Assembly: GCA_044226015.1 (NCBI GenBank)
Contig: JBGAHS010000001.1
Location: forward strand, 1,322,611 to 1,386,610
Length of the DNA stretch: 64,000 bases
Reading direction: 5' to 3'
Source of the DNA: Candidatus Obscuribacteraceae bacterium
GTDB taxonomy: Bacteria; Cyanobacteriota; Vampirovibrionia; Obscuribacterales; Obscuribacteraceae
The notes beneath the pieces were generated by a model, which ran no database searches, was not told where the DNA came from, and saw nothing but the letters and a program-made list of their open reading frames with translations. The translations under genes were made by a program, and so were the position numbers. Of this stretch, positions 32,338 to 41,213 are shown in pieces (the first letter of the stretch is position 1; every line of letters starts with the position of its first letter).

Positions 32338-32712
32338 TTACAATGAAGCCGCACTCTTTCCTACGATCTGCTCCACGCGTGCGGATAGTTCTTTAAGGTT
32401 GAAAGGTTTTGCCATATAGTCTGTGGCGCCGGCATCCATCAAGGACTGTATTTCTTTTGCCTCTGTTCTTCCTGTTAACATCAATACTGGCATTTTCCCG
32501 CCTTCAGTTCGATATTGCCTGAGAACATCTATGCCGTTCATTCCAGGAAGTTGCCAATCCAAGACTACGATATCGAAAGCACCGAAACGCATTTGTTCAA
32601 GAGCTTCTGTTCCTGTAAAGACAGCTTCAACTGTGTGTTGCTGAAACATGAGCCAATCTTGAAGCGTTTCCGACAGATCCGTGTCATCTTCAACCAGCAA
32701 AATGTTAGCCAT
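32338..32712 (-). CDS. Single-domain response regulator receiver
   Basis: ILLVEDD, VVLDWQLP, MLTGR, DYMAKPF. No output domain. Confidence 0.93.
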   Translation of the reverse strand: MANILLVEDDTDLSETLQDWLMFQQHTVEAVFTGTEALEQMRFGAFDIVVLDWQLPGMNGIDVLRQYRTEGGKMPVLMLTGRTEAKEIQSLMDAGATDYMAKPFNLKELSARVEQIVGKSAASL

Positions 32713-32741
32713 ATAGAAGTTCCTTTTAGCGAGCGGACTGT

Positions 32742-35324
32742 TTACCCTTCGATGACAATTTGGCTACGTCCATTTGCTTTCGCTATGTATAGCCTTTTGT
32801 CTGCATGTAAAACAAGATCGTGAATAGTGTTTCCGTCTTCCGGAAAATCGACCATTCCGGCGCTGAACGAAGTGTAAAAGGGTTCCCCCTGGTCGCCCTG
32901 AAATTCAACCTTCTTTAGTTCATCCAATACCCGGTTTAATGCCTTTTGCATCGTTTCTTTGCGCTCGTGCTTGAACGCAAGGATAAATTCTTCGCCACCC
33001 CAGCGACCTCGCAGGTCTTCAACTCGGAATCGTCGCCGTAACAATTTGCCAAAATATTGTAAAACTCGGTCGCCAGCCATGTGTCCAAACTTGTCATTGA
33101 CTTTCTTGAAGTGGTCAACGTCCATCAAGCAAAGCGAGAAGTTGAATTTGTGCCTTTCTGATTCAGAAAGCAAGGCGGTGATTTGATCCACGAAAGCGCG
33201 GCGTAGAAGTAAGCCTGTCAAAAGGTCCCGGTCTTGTCGTTCCCGTTGCATTCTGGCTCTGTCCAGCCGTACTTTCACACGCTTCAACAATTCCATGTTG
33301 ATTACCGGCTTTGGAAGATAGTCATCGCCGCCTGAATCAAACGCTGAAAGTCTAGACGCGAGGTCCGTTTGCGCTGTAAGGAAAATGATTGGCAAGTCTT
33401 GCCATCTGCCTGTGCCACGTACTTTTTTGCAAACATCGAAACCTAGAATTCCCGGCATCATCACATCGAGAAGCATCAGGTCGGGTTGGTATTCTTCAAG
33501 AATTTCCAGCACGTAATTTGGATTGTTTAGAGCTTTGACCAACATTCCTTCATTTCCGAGCGTGCTGGTAATCAAATCCGTGAAATCTTCATCATCATCG
33601 ACAATCAGGACCCTAGAGCGGCCTCCCTCTCTGATGGTAACCAGATGTTGTAGGGCCTGTTGAAGAGTGTCTTGCTTGTATGGTTTCTCCAGGAACAGTG
33701 ATGCCCCAGCATGGGTTGCTTCGGCTCTATCATTCTCGTCGTTGTGCGAGATAAATCCTAACGGTAGAGTTTCGTACCCAACCATGCTTCTAAGCTCTCT
33801 GGCTAATTGGAACGCACTATCACGCTCATCTGGTACTATCTCAATGAGAGCTGCATCTAATTGCTGTTTTGCCGCTCTTTCGAGTGCCTCCTCTGGACTT
33901 CCTACTCCGATAATTTCTAAGGGAATACCTTGTCCAGCTGCTGTGTGCCCATGTACAGACGGATCTCCTTTACCGTTGTTGTTCAAAGAGGGCGGCTCTT
34001 TGCTGACAACGAGAACTTTTGCTTTGGCAGCATCAGGATTCAGGTTCGCCAATTCTTCGGCCGTCGGTACATAGTCCGAAAACTGTAGCTTTACGTTTTC
34101 AACTTCTTTTTTTGCTGCTAAAAGAGCGCTGTCGACGTGACCCCATTCTTCTTTGTGGTTTACGTCTGCTAGTTCCAGCATGTCTCTTAGTGAATATTCA
34201 ATGCGCTCAGCGAGGTTGCCTAGCACATCGAAACCACAGGACCGGGATGTGCCTTTTAGGTTGTGAGACAATCTTCGTCCTTCTATCAGCAGATTGGGAT
34301 CGGGTTTAGTTCGATCTACTTCCTGAATATTCTGTTCGATCTGCTTGACGCGTGATGGTAGCGACTTGGAAAACTTCTGGCGGAAACTGAGTAGCGTGGC
34401 GTCCGCGAATGCATTGAGAGTCGCTGTGGAGGGACTGCCAGGTAGTGGAGGACCAGCTTGGGAGCCGCCCCCTGGTAAGGGCACTGTAGCGGTCGGTTGT
34501 GGGACTTGCAACCCTGCATTCATATTGGCCAGGCCTGGAAATTCGTAGCTGTTGGTGTTTCCCCCGGCCACTGGCCACGGTGTATTTCCGGAGCCTGGCA
34601 CTGAAGGACCCGACCAACTCATGCCATCTTTTGATGTTGGAATATTGGCAGGTGATGAGAGTGAATTTGGAAGAGAGCCGGGTGATTGCGGCAGGGGCTG
34701 GGGAATCTCGCTTGATTTGGCCACTTGCTCGGATTGTTGGTTTTGTGTGCCTATGTTTTGCGGTAACGCAGGATAGGTACCCGAAGTAACAGAACTCTGC
34801 GCTGTAAATGAAGGCGATGACGAAGGGATGGCGGTGAAGGAGCCTGATGCTGATGGCATTGGTGTCGAGATGGACCCGCCAGGAGTCGGTACTACTCCCA
34901 TCGGCGGCGGTGTTGATTCTAACCCGCTACCTGGGAGAGCTGGAAGTCCTCGCCTCTGGTCGTGCCAGAGTGCGTCAACTTGAACCCCGAATACGCTTGA
35001 TTTTATTGGACGATGAAAGATATGGGCGACCTTCAATTCTTTAGTGATTTTTTGAAAGAACTCTGCATCTCGCCAAATCTGAGATAGAAAAGCAACCTTT
35101 AGTTCCTTTTCCTTCTGTCTCAGTTTAATAATGAATCCGACACCATCAATATCAGTCAGCTCTTCACCAACCAAAACCAGGTCCGGCTTGCTGTCCAAAA
35201 TCATTTCTATAGCTTTGTGACCAGAGATTTCCTGTTCAACACTGAAATCCCGCGCCTCAAGCAGAGGCACTATAAGCGCACGTAAAGCTTCGTCTGTCTC
35301 CAGCAGGAGAACCTTTCTGCCCAT
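32742..35324 (-). CDS. Diguanylate cyclase with REC-linker-Hpt-REC-REC-GGDEF architecture
   Basis: Hpt motif LSHNLKGTSRSCG, canonical REC (IVDDD...LLDVMMP...YLPKP), DVDHFKKVNDKFGHMAGD, RVED I-site and GGEEF active site. Confidence 0.92.
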   Translation of the reverse strand: MGRKVLLLETDEALRALIVPLLEARDFSVEQEISGHKAIEMILDSKPDLVLVGEELTDIDGVGFIIKLRQKEKELKVAFLSQIWRDAEFFQKITKELKVAHIFHRPIKSSVFGVQVDALWHDQRRGLPALPGSGLESTPPPMGVVPTPGGSISTPMPSASGSFTAIPSSSPSFTAQSSVTSGTYPALPQNIGTQNQQSEQVAKSSEIPQPLPQSPGSLPNSLSSPANIPTSKDGMSWSGPSVPGSGNTPWPVAGGNTNSYEFPGLANMNAGLQVPQPTATVPLPGGGSQAGPPLPGSPSTATLNAFADATLLSFRQKFSKSLPSRVKQIEQNIQEVDRTKPDPNLLIEGRRLSHNLKGTSRSCGFDVLGNLAERIEYSLRDMLELADVNHKEEWGHVDSALLAAKKEVENVKLQFSDYVPTAEELANLNPDAAKAKVLVVSKEPPSLNNNGKGDPSVHGHTAAGQGIPLEIIGVGSPEEALERAAKQQLDAALIEIVPDERDSAFQLARELRSMVGYETLPLGFISHNDENDRAEATHAGASLFLEKPYKQDTLQQALQHLVTIREGGRSRVLIVDDDEDFTDLITSTLGNEGMLVKALNNPNYVLEILEEYQPDLMLLDVMMPGILGFDVCKKVRGTGRWQDLPIIFLTAQTDLASRLSAFDSGGDDYLPKPVINMELLKRVKVRLDRARMQRERQDRDLLTGLLLRRAFVDQITALLSESERHKFNFSLCLMDVDHFKKVNDKFGHMAGDRVLQYFGKLLRRRFRVEDLRGRWGGEEFILAFKHERKETMQKALNRVLDELKKVEFQGDQGEPFYTSFSAGMVDFPEDGNTIHDLVLHADKRLYIAKANGRSQIVIEG

Positions 35325-35496
35325 TCTATGTAACTAGTCCCGCCCCACGAAATTTAATAAAGGTTATTTCGAATCATGCCCAGAAATATCGCTACTTACA
35401 CTTCTCAGATAATCTTGTGCAACTTGAAGGACTTTCTGACAGCTACCGGAATTCAATTCGAAAACGAGGATTTACTGCCTAACATGTGTGGTAAAT

Positions 35497-35669
35497 TTCG
35501 ATACTCAAACGGTATCGCTCGGATAAGCGACTAGTTCGATACTCAAACGGTATCGCTCGGATAAGCGACTAGTTCGATACTCAAACGGTATCGCTCGGAT
35601 AAGCGACTAGTTCGATACTCAAACGGTATCGCTCGAATAAGCGACTAGTTCGATACTCAAACGGTATCG
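35497..35669 (-). repeat. 38-bp tandem repeat, 4 full copies plus 1 partial
   Basis: TTCGATACTCAAACGGTATCGCTCGGATAAGCGACTAG at 35497, 35535, 35573, 35611 and 35649. It contains the hairpin CGATAC-n7-GTATCG, and the minus strand reads GCGATACCGTTT. Confidence 0.95.
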
Positions 35670-35982
35670 TTAAGATACGACACGATCCCTTGAATCGAAT
35701 TCAGATAAGCAACTTGATAAAAGTTGCGGAACGATTATGAGTTCAGCGCACAAAAAAATTTAGCCAATCCAAATTGAATCGGGCGTGACTGTGAGCTGCA
35801 GATTCTGATGACTCCTTACGCGTCTGATGTCTAATACTCCATTATGCTTATTCACTTCTTTGAAGTTAGACAAATGAGGCAAGTATGGACGCTTGTTTCA
35901 CCCGTGGAAACAATTGCGTGCATACTTGAGCGTCATGACCAAATAGCTCTATGCTCAATTGAAAGATGGGCTATGTTAACCA

Positions 35983-36951
35983 TTAGACCGCTGACGGCAC
36001 GAAAACCTTGGAAGGAGAAACATAGCTCTGGATAAGATTTCGATTTGGCGGTTCGGCTGAACAAAATTCAAACCAACAAGATTGATTCCAGTTTTTAGTG
36101 AGCGAATTCCAAAACAAAGCTAAGTACATCTGCACATATTTACGGCTGATTCTCTGCCAAATATTTTTTGTGGTTTGGAAAAATTGTTCTAGGGATGTGC
36201 CGATGGTTTCAATAGATGGTGGAATGCCTTGTGTTTCGCTAAGTTTGTACGATTGACCATTCCTAGACTCGATCAATCCTCTAAACTGTAGGCTCGTCAA
36301 ACCCATCACCAAATCATCAAAGTTAATGCCGATAATTTCGATTAGCTCGTCAAGGGTCTGAAACTCATCTATCTTGAGACACTGAAAAATTGATTGTTCA
36401 AGTTCGCTGAGGGAATTTAAATGATCATTCGATTGGGAATCTTTATGTTCGAGTTTGTTTAATGCAAGTTGTTCTTCTTTTGGATGTGCATTAGCCGGAG
36501 TCTCTGAGCTCCTTCTACAAAAGAGCTCAAGAAACACTGCTGTCGAAACGAGAGGTAACTCTCGCATTCTTTCAGTGATGAAAAGCGCGATTGTCTTGAT
36601 GATGTTTTGCGCTGTCGATAGCGCTGTTCCGAAAATCTTCGCAAACTCATACGCGGAGAAGAGTATTCCTTTTTCTGTGAGCCAGAGTCCTGCAAACCAT
36701 GCTCGAACTAAGCGAACTCTCGCAAAGACTGTATCAGCATATATTCTGCGTTTACGACCACAATTATCACACTCGGAAATTCTAGGATTTTGCGTAACTG
36801 TGTATTTGTCACTTCCACATCTTTCGCAATTTGGTGTTTGGAAAATCAACGATAGTGCTCTGTGACAGGATAATTCATCCGGAAACAATTTGTTGAACTC
36901 CTGCATGTTTCGCTGGAGATCACTTTCTCTTTTTTCCTTCGCCATGATCAC
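35983..36951 (-). CDS. IS1595-family transposase-derived protein (Zn ribbon + HTH + winged helix; DDE core not recognisable)
   Basis: FPDELSC...CERCGS...CDNCGR...DTVF is an IS1595-type zinc ribbon and ISRKYVQMYL resembles the IS1595 C-terminal motif. The middle (LSELEQSIFQCL...TLDELIE...LTSLQFRGLIE) resembles a DprA-type winged helix. Confidence 0.65.
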   Translation of the reverse strand: MIMAKEKRESDLQRNMQEFNKLFPDELSCHRALSLIFQTPNCERCGSDKYTVTQNPRISECDNCGRKRRIYADTVFARVRLVRAWFAGLWLTEKGILFSAYEFAKIFGTALSTAQNIIKTIALFITERMRELPLVSTAVFLELFCRRSSETPANAHPKEEQLALNKLEHKDSQSNDHLNSLSELEQSIFQCLKIDEFQTLDELIEIIGINFDDLVMGLTSLQFRGLIESRNGQSYKLSETQGIPPSIETIGTSLEQFFQTTKNIWQRISRKYVQMYLALFWNSLTKNWNQSCWFEFCSAEPPNRNLIQSYVSPSKVFVPSAV

Positions 36952-37223
36952 GCTCCTCTTTGTTCTTTTATTCTTTAAACGTTTTGCGTGTGAAAAAAGT
37001 TCAAAAAAAATGCTGAGAAGTTACTACTTGGGTTCTGATTTTAACTTGGCTTTGTCAAGCTATGCCTCGGTGAGAATCGTTTTTCTTCGAAAATGTCTTA
37101 CGGATGCTGGTAGCGCATATGGTGGCGCTTGATTATTAGCTGAAAAGGTATTAGAGAGCAAAATTGGAAAAACTTCCTGTTGGAATTCAGCAACAGGCTA
37201 GGCAACAGGCGCTAGCGGATCAT

Positions 37224-37475
37224 AATTACTCGGACTCACTGATTTTTTTCTGGCAAGTGCTAAGGCGCCTGCGATTTTCTACCGCCAATCCTAACGCAAT
37301 TATTTCCAAGCTAAAAAATTGCTCTTACTCACGGACTTTGTTTGCTGGCAAGTGCTAAGGCGCCTGCGATTTTCTGCCGCCTGTTTTAACGCGTTTATTT
37401 ACAAGCCAAAAATTACTCTGACTCACGGATTTTTGCTTGCGAGCGCCATTGCGCCTGCGATTTTTCTGCCGATGT
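37224..37475. repeat. Degenerate ~93-bp tandem repeat x3, last copy inside the 3' end of the DUF488 gene
   Basis: AATT(A/G)CTC..ACTCAC...GCGCCTGCGATTTT(T)CT.CCG starts at 37224, 37317 and 37411. Confidence 0.8.
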
Positions 37476-38018
37476 TTCCCTCTCGGAATCTGCGTTTGCC
37501 AAGAAAAGATTGAGCTGGGTCGGGGGCTCGTCTACATGATTCGCCAAAACCAATTCTAAATAAGTTTGCAAATCACCATGCTTTCGGATATGCAAAACAT
37601 CAATCCCGGATTCAGATGCAAATTTGGAAATTAAGAGATGGCGATGGCAGCCGCTAGGATCCTCCTCTCCGCACATCACGGCAACTCTGAATGATTTAAT
37701 ACCTTTCTGCAACCGTTCCATGCCACCGAGAAACTTACTCGATGCCGCGAGTTTTGCGTAATCCACGAATCCCTCGGAATCGTAAAACTCGTTTTCTTTC
37801 GGTTTACCGCCTATCTCATGACCAAGAAATACGTACTTGAAGTTCCTTTTTTTTAACTCTTGTTTCAAAAACTCACCTGTGAAGTGCGTTGCATAGCGCG
37901 AGTAAGGATTGCTCCTTACGTCTGCTACCACTTCTATTGAGTGCATAGCTAGTAGCTCGATGAATTTGTCCATCGAATAGTTTGAGTGCCCGATAGTATA
38001 GAGTCGAAGTGTGCTCAC
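37413..38018 (-). CDS. DUF488 family protein
   Basis: LYTIGHSN, DVRSNPYSR, MCGEEDPSGCHRHLL. Confidence 0.9.
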   Translation of the reverse strand: MSTLRLYTIGHSNYSMDKFIELLAMHSIEVVADVRSNPYSRYATHFTGEFLKQELKKRNFKYVFLGHEIGGKPKENEFYDSEGFVDYAKLAASSKFLGGMERLQKGIKSFRVAVMCGEEDPSGCHRHLLISKFASESGIDVLHIRKHGDLQTYLELVLANHVDEPPTQLNLFLANADSERETSAEKSQAQWRSQAKIRESE

Positions 38019-38052
38019 GCTTTAACTAATCGAAAGCTTGTGAAAGTTCCAG

Positions 38053-39840
38053 CTATTCGGCAACCAGTTGATATATGCGGTCGAGTGCAGCGTCAACGTC
38101 AGCCGGCAACTGCACTCTTAATAGGCGCCTTTTTCGCGAGCTCAGTGCTTTGAAGTCACCGAGCGCTTGAGCTTCTTTCAGGACTGCGAAACTAAATTTC
38201 TCTCCCGGAATTTCAACGTCTTGTTTTTCTTCGCTTGTGATTTGCAAGAAGACGCCGCTGTTTGGTCCACCTTTGTGCAACTGCCCCGTTGAGTGTAAAA
38301 ACCTTGGTCCAAAACCAACAGTTGTGGCGACTTTGTATTTCTGCATTACAAAGTCGCGAATCCTTTGGAGTTTAGCCTCCAGTCTGGGGCAGCACTCAAT
38401 GTATGCATTTATAGCAAAGTAGTTGCCAGGGCTTAACTGTGAGAGGTGTGCTTGAAACAATGCTCTCATCGTTTCCTTACTTCCAACTTTTGCCTTAAGT
38501 TGCTTGATGTTATCGTCGTCGGCAAACAACTCGAATCCACTTTCAATAACGAGCAATTTGTTTTCTGGAAGATACCCTTCTTCTTCGTATTCAGCGAGTA
38601 TCTCTTTGGTGAAATCTTTGCTCTCTTGCACATTTGGCTGATTGAAAGCGTTAATTCCGATAATTGAGCCGCCGGTTGCAGTTGCAATTTCCCAACGCAA
38701 GAATTCGGCTCCCAGGTGAGCCAGATCGCTCATTTCAATACGAACCACTGGTTGCCCGGCTGCCTCTAGAGCTGCGATCCGCGCATCTTGATCGGGACAG
38801 GTTTTCGTTGAAAGTCGCACATAAACAAACAATCGATCAGAACCATAGTCAGATGGTTCGCTTAGCGTTTCCGCTGCAATCGGTATAATTCCTTTGCCGT
38901 CTTTGCCAGTGCTCTCTGCAATGAGCTGTTCAAGCCAGGTGCCAAGGCTGTGCACCGCAGGTGATGTCACTAATGTGACTTTATCTCTACTTCCTCTGGT
39001 TAGGACACCAAGGATTGTACCAAGCAACACGCCTGGATTGTCTCCCGGAGATACTTCTGCACCACACATCTTTTGCATGCTGTGGGCATGTTCTAGAATC
39101 TCTTTGACGTTAAGTCCCATTACTGTCGCTGGAACCATACCGAAGTTTGATAGAGCTGAGAATCGACCGCCAATACTTGGTCGTCCGTAAAAGGTGTGAG
39201 CAAACTTCAAATCCTTTGCTTTCTTCTCCATCGAAGAGCCAGGATCAGTGATAGCTAAGAAATGTTCTCCTGCTTTGTCACCAACGATTTTTTTTGTTTC
39301 GTCATAGAAGTATTGGCACAGAACGTTAGGTTCTGTCGTGCTTCCAGATTTGCTCGCCACGATGAAAAATGTTTTGCCTGGATCAATCTGGTTTCGGATA
39401 CTGAGCACCTGTGCGGGCACTACTGAGTCAAGAACCAACATTTCGGGATGACCAGCTATGTTCCCGAATGTTTGTCGCATAACTTCTACACAGAGGCTGC
39501 TTCCACCCATTCCCAGCAAGACAGCATGCTTGTAATTCTTAGACTTGATCTCGCTGCTGAGTGCGTCAAGTTTGCCGAGGTGCTCAAGTTGTTCATCAAC
39601 AATGTCGAGCCAGCCTAGCCAGTCGCCCTCATCTTTGTTGCTCCACAAGCTAGCATCTTTTGACCAGAGACGTTTGGGAAAATCTTTGCTGGTAAGAGCG
39701 GCGAGTTCAGCTTTTAATGCTTCTTCGAATTTTCCTAGCGAATGGCTGGTTGCACCGGTTTTGACATTCTGCGCCACACTGCTATCGGCGTTTCCCATTT
39801 CCTTATCCCCTTGTGAAGCTATCAGACTCGATGATGCCAA
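38053..39840 (-). CDS. pgi: Glucose-6-phosphate isomerase (type related to the PGI part of transaldolase-PGI fusions)
   Basis: GMGGSSL, SKSGSTTE, IGGRFSALS, EQLIAESTGK, FNQPNVQESK, GPRFLHSTGQLHKGGP. The start may be the ATG at 39798. Confidence 0.88.
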   Translation of the reverse strand: MASSSLIASQGDKEMGNADSSVAQNVKTGATSHSLGKFEEALKAELAALTSKDFPKRLWSKDASLWSNKDEGDWLGWLDIVDEQLEHLGKLDALSSEIKSKNYKHAVLLGMGGSSLCVEVMRQTFGNIAGHPEMLVLDSVVPAQVLSIRNQIDPGKTFFIVASKSGSTTEPNVLCQYFYDETKKIVGDKAGEHFLAITDPGSSMEKKAKDLKFAHTFYGRPSIGGRFSALSNFGMVPATVMGLNVKEILEHAHSMQKMCGAEVSPGDNPGVLLGTILGVLTRGSRDKVTLVTSPAVHSLGTWLEQLIAESTGKDGKGIIPIAAETLSEPSDYGSDRLFVYVRLSTKTCPDQDARIAALEAAGQPVVRIEMSDLAHLGAEFLRWEIATATGGSIIGINAFNQPNVQESKDFTKEILAEYEEEGYLPENKLLVIESGFELFADDDNIKQLKAKVGSKETMRALFQAHLSQLSPGNYFAINAYIECCPRLEAKLQRIRDFVMQKYKVATTVGFGPRFLHSTGQLHKGGPNSGVFLQITSEEKQDVEIPGEKFSFAVLKEAQALGDFKALSSRKRRLLRVQLPADVDAALDRIYQLVAE

Positions 39841-39982
39841 GACTATTATTTCCCGGCTGTCAGCATACCGGGCGAGGCAATCCTAATGCGCTAAGTATAT
39901 CTAAATATGTCCCGAGAATTGAGACTCTTTAAGAGTACTTTCCTCACAAAAAGCTGTAATTCTGATGTCAGCAAGTGAGTTC

Positions 39983-39991
39983 TGCTACACT
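39983..39991 (+). promoter_or_regulatory. Extended -10 promoter of ylqD
   Basis: TG-C-TACACT upstream of the GGGAGG RBS (40021) and the ATG at 40033. Confidence 0.45.
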
Positions 39992-40032
39992 ATGCCAGAC
40001 ATTTGCGCATAGAGTCGATTGGGAGGTTCTAG

Positions 40033-40470
40033 ATGGTTGAGACTATTCAACTAACTCGCCAGGTTCAGGTTAAAGCTATTGTCACTGAAAATTTCAAGGG
40101 GCAGGTCGCCGCTGAAATCAATCGCAACCTGCAACAAATCGATGCAGAGCTTCAACAGTTGGAATTCAAAGGCAAGAGAGCTATCTCTGATATCGAAAAG
40201 AGAAGTCCCAGTCCTATGCCCCCCGAAGTGAAAGCTCAGGTTGAAACGATCAGGCAGCAGGTCGAAGCTGAGAAGCTCCGCTTAATGCAGCTGAAAGAAG
40301 AAATGACAGCTCAGAGCAACGCGCTTAACGAATTGCCTATTGGAAGTGTTGTTACTCAATTCACAGTCGAAAACCAGGTAGATGTCAGAATCGGGGAGAA
40401 CATATTTCAACGCCTTGAGGGCGGTGAGATTCTCGTTAAAGACGGCATAATTCAAGAGATTCGTATCTAG
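40033..40470 (+). CDS. ylqD: YlqD family protein
   Basis: IQLTRQVQVKAIVTE, a coiled coil, and the C-terminal EILVKDGIIQEIR. Strong RBS. Confidence 0.88.
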   Translation: MVETIQLTRQVQVKAIVTENFKGQVAAEINRNLQQIDAELQQLEFKGKRAISDIEKRSPSPMPPEVKAQVETIRQQVEAEKLRLMQLKEEMTAQSNALNELPIGSVVTQFTVENQVDVRIGENIFQRLEGGEILVKDGIIQEIRI

Positions 40471-40481
40471 GTAACTCGATT

Positions 40482-40507
40482 ATCGCGACTCCATCGCGAT
40501 TATTATT
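40482..40507. terminator. Hairpin between convergent ORFs
   Basis: ATCGCGA-ctcca-TCGCGAT with AT-rich flanks, just after the ylqD stop. Confidence 0.45.
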
Positions 40508-40511
40508 AACC

Positions 40512-40706
40512 TCAGCAAGAGGTCCGAAGATTGGGAAGTGCTCCTTGATCCTCTAGCGACAGCATTTGCGAGGATGCTTCGCGCGGACCCTCGGTTTGAG
40601 CTGGCTTGTTAAGGGCTTGCAATTCAAGGTTTTTCCAAATCTGAGTAGCCCAGCTAGACTGAGAGTCATCAGTCTTATCAATCGAATTTCCAGGTTTGTC
40701 GGTCAT
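40512..40706 (-). CDS. Small hypothetical protein (64 aa)
   Basis: ATG at 40706 with a GAGGA RBS upstream; sequence MTDKPGNSID...QGALPNLRTSC. Confidence 0.4.
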   Translation of the reverse strand: MTDKPGNSIDKTDDSQSSWATQIWKNLELQALNKPAQTEGPREASSQMLSLEDQGALPNLRTSC

Positions 40707-40837
40707 AGTAACGGGTCCTCGCTTGATTTCGCCCAATCAATGCGATCCTCATTCACTTATCGCATCAAAGAGGAATGACATTTTTGTAACATTTTTACAC
40801 CTTGAAATTTCGAAGGTCAAAATCAAATGCCGAGTAG

Positions 40838-41049
40838 CAATTGGAAAATCGAAACGCAAACGGTAGCGATTGGAAAATTGAAACGCAAACGGTAGCGATT
40901 GGAAAATCGAAACGCAAACGGTATCGATTGGAAAATCGAAACGCAAACGGTATCGATTGGAAAATCGAAACGCATCGATTGGAAAATCGAAACGTAAACG
41001 GTAGCGATTGGAAAATCGAAACACAAACGGTGTCGATCGGAAAATCGAA
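40838..41049 (-). repeat. 29-bp tandem repeat, about 7 copies
   Basis: AAACGGTA(G/T)CGATTGGAAAATCGAAACGC units. The minus strand reads ATCGATACCGTTT. Confidence 0.95.
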
Positions 41050-41213
41050 GCCAACAAGTTCCGTTCAGAATTTGAATAGCGTTATCTCAAAGCGATAGCA
41101 TTTCGTCAATTTATAATTGCGATATTGGGATATTCGCTTCCTCTACCTTTAGATCAATGGATTATTCGCGGAACCATGTATTGATTCACCGGGAATTTAA
41201 TACAGCCGTCACT

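Noticed and set aside
35969..37051. Intact IS1595 element with terminal inverted repeats (GGCTATGTTAAC versus AGCCAAGTTAAA)
   Set aside because: Only 8 of the first 11 bases match, there is no flanking target duplication and no DDE core is recognisable.
37224..37475. Diversity-generating retroelement TR/VR pair at the DUF488 3' end
   Set aside because: The differences include indels and non-adenine changes, and there is no reverse transcriptase in the window.
40749..41098. Repeat-encoded ORFs here and at 31901-32396, 42194-43047, 43822-44062, 59095-59550 and 61939-62570
   Set aside because: They are translations of non-coding tandem arrays, open in several frames or strands, with no convincing RBS.
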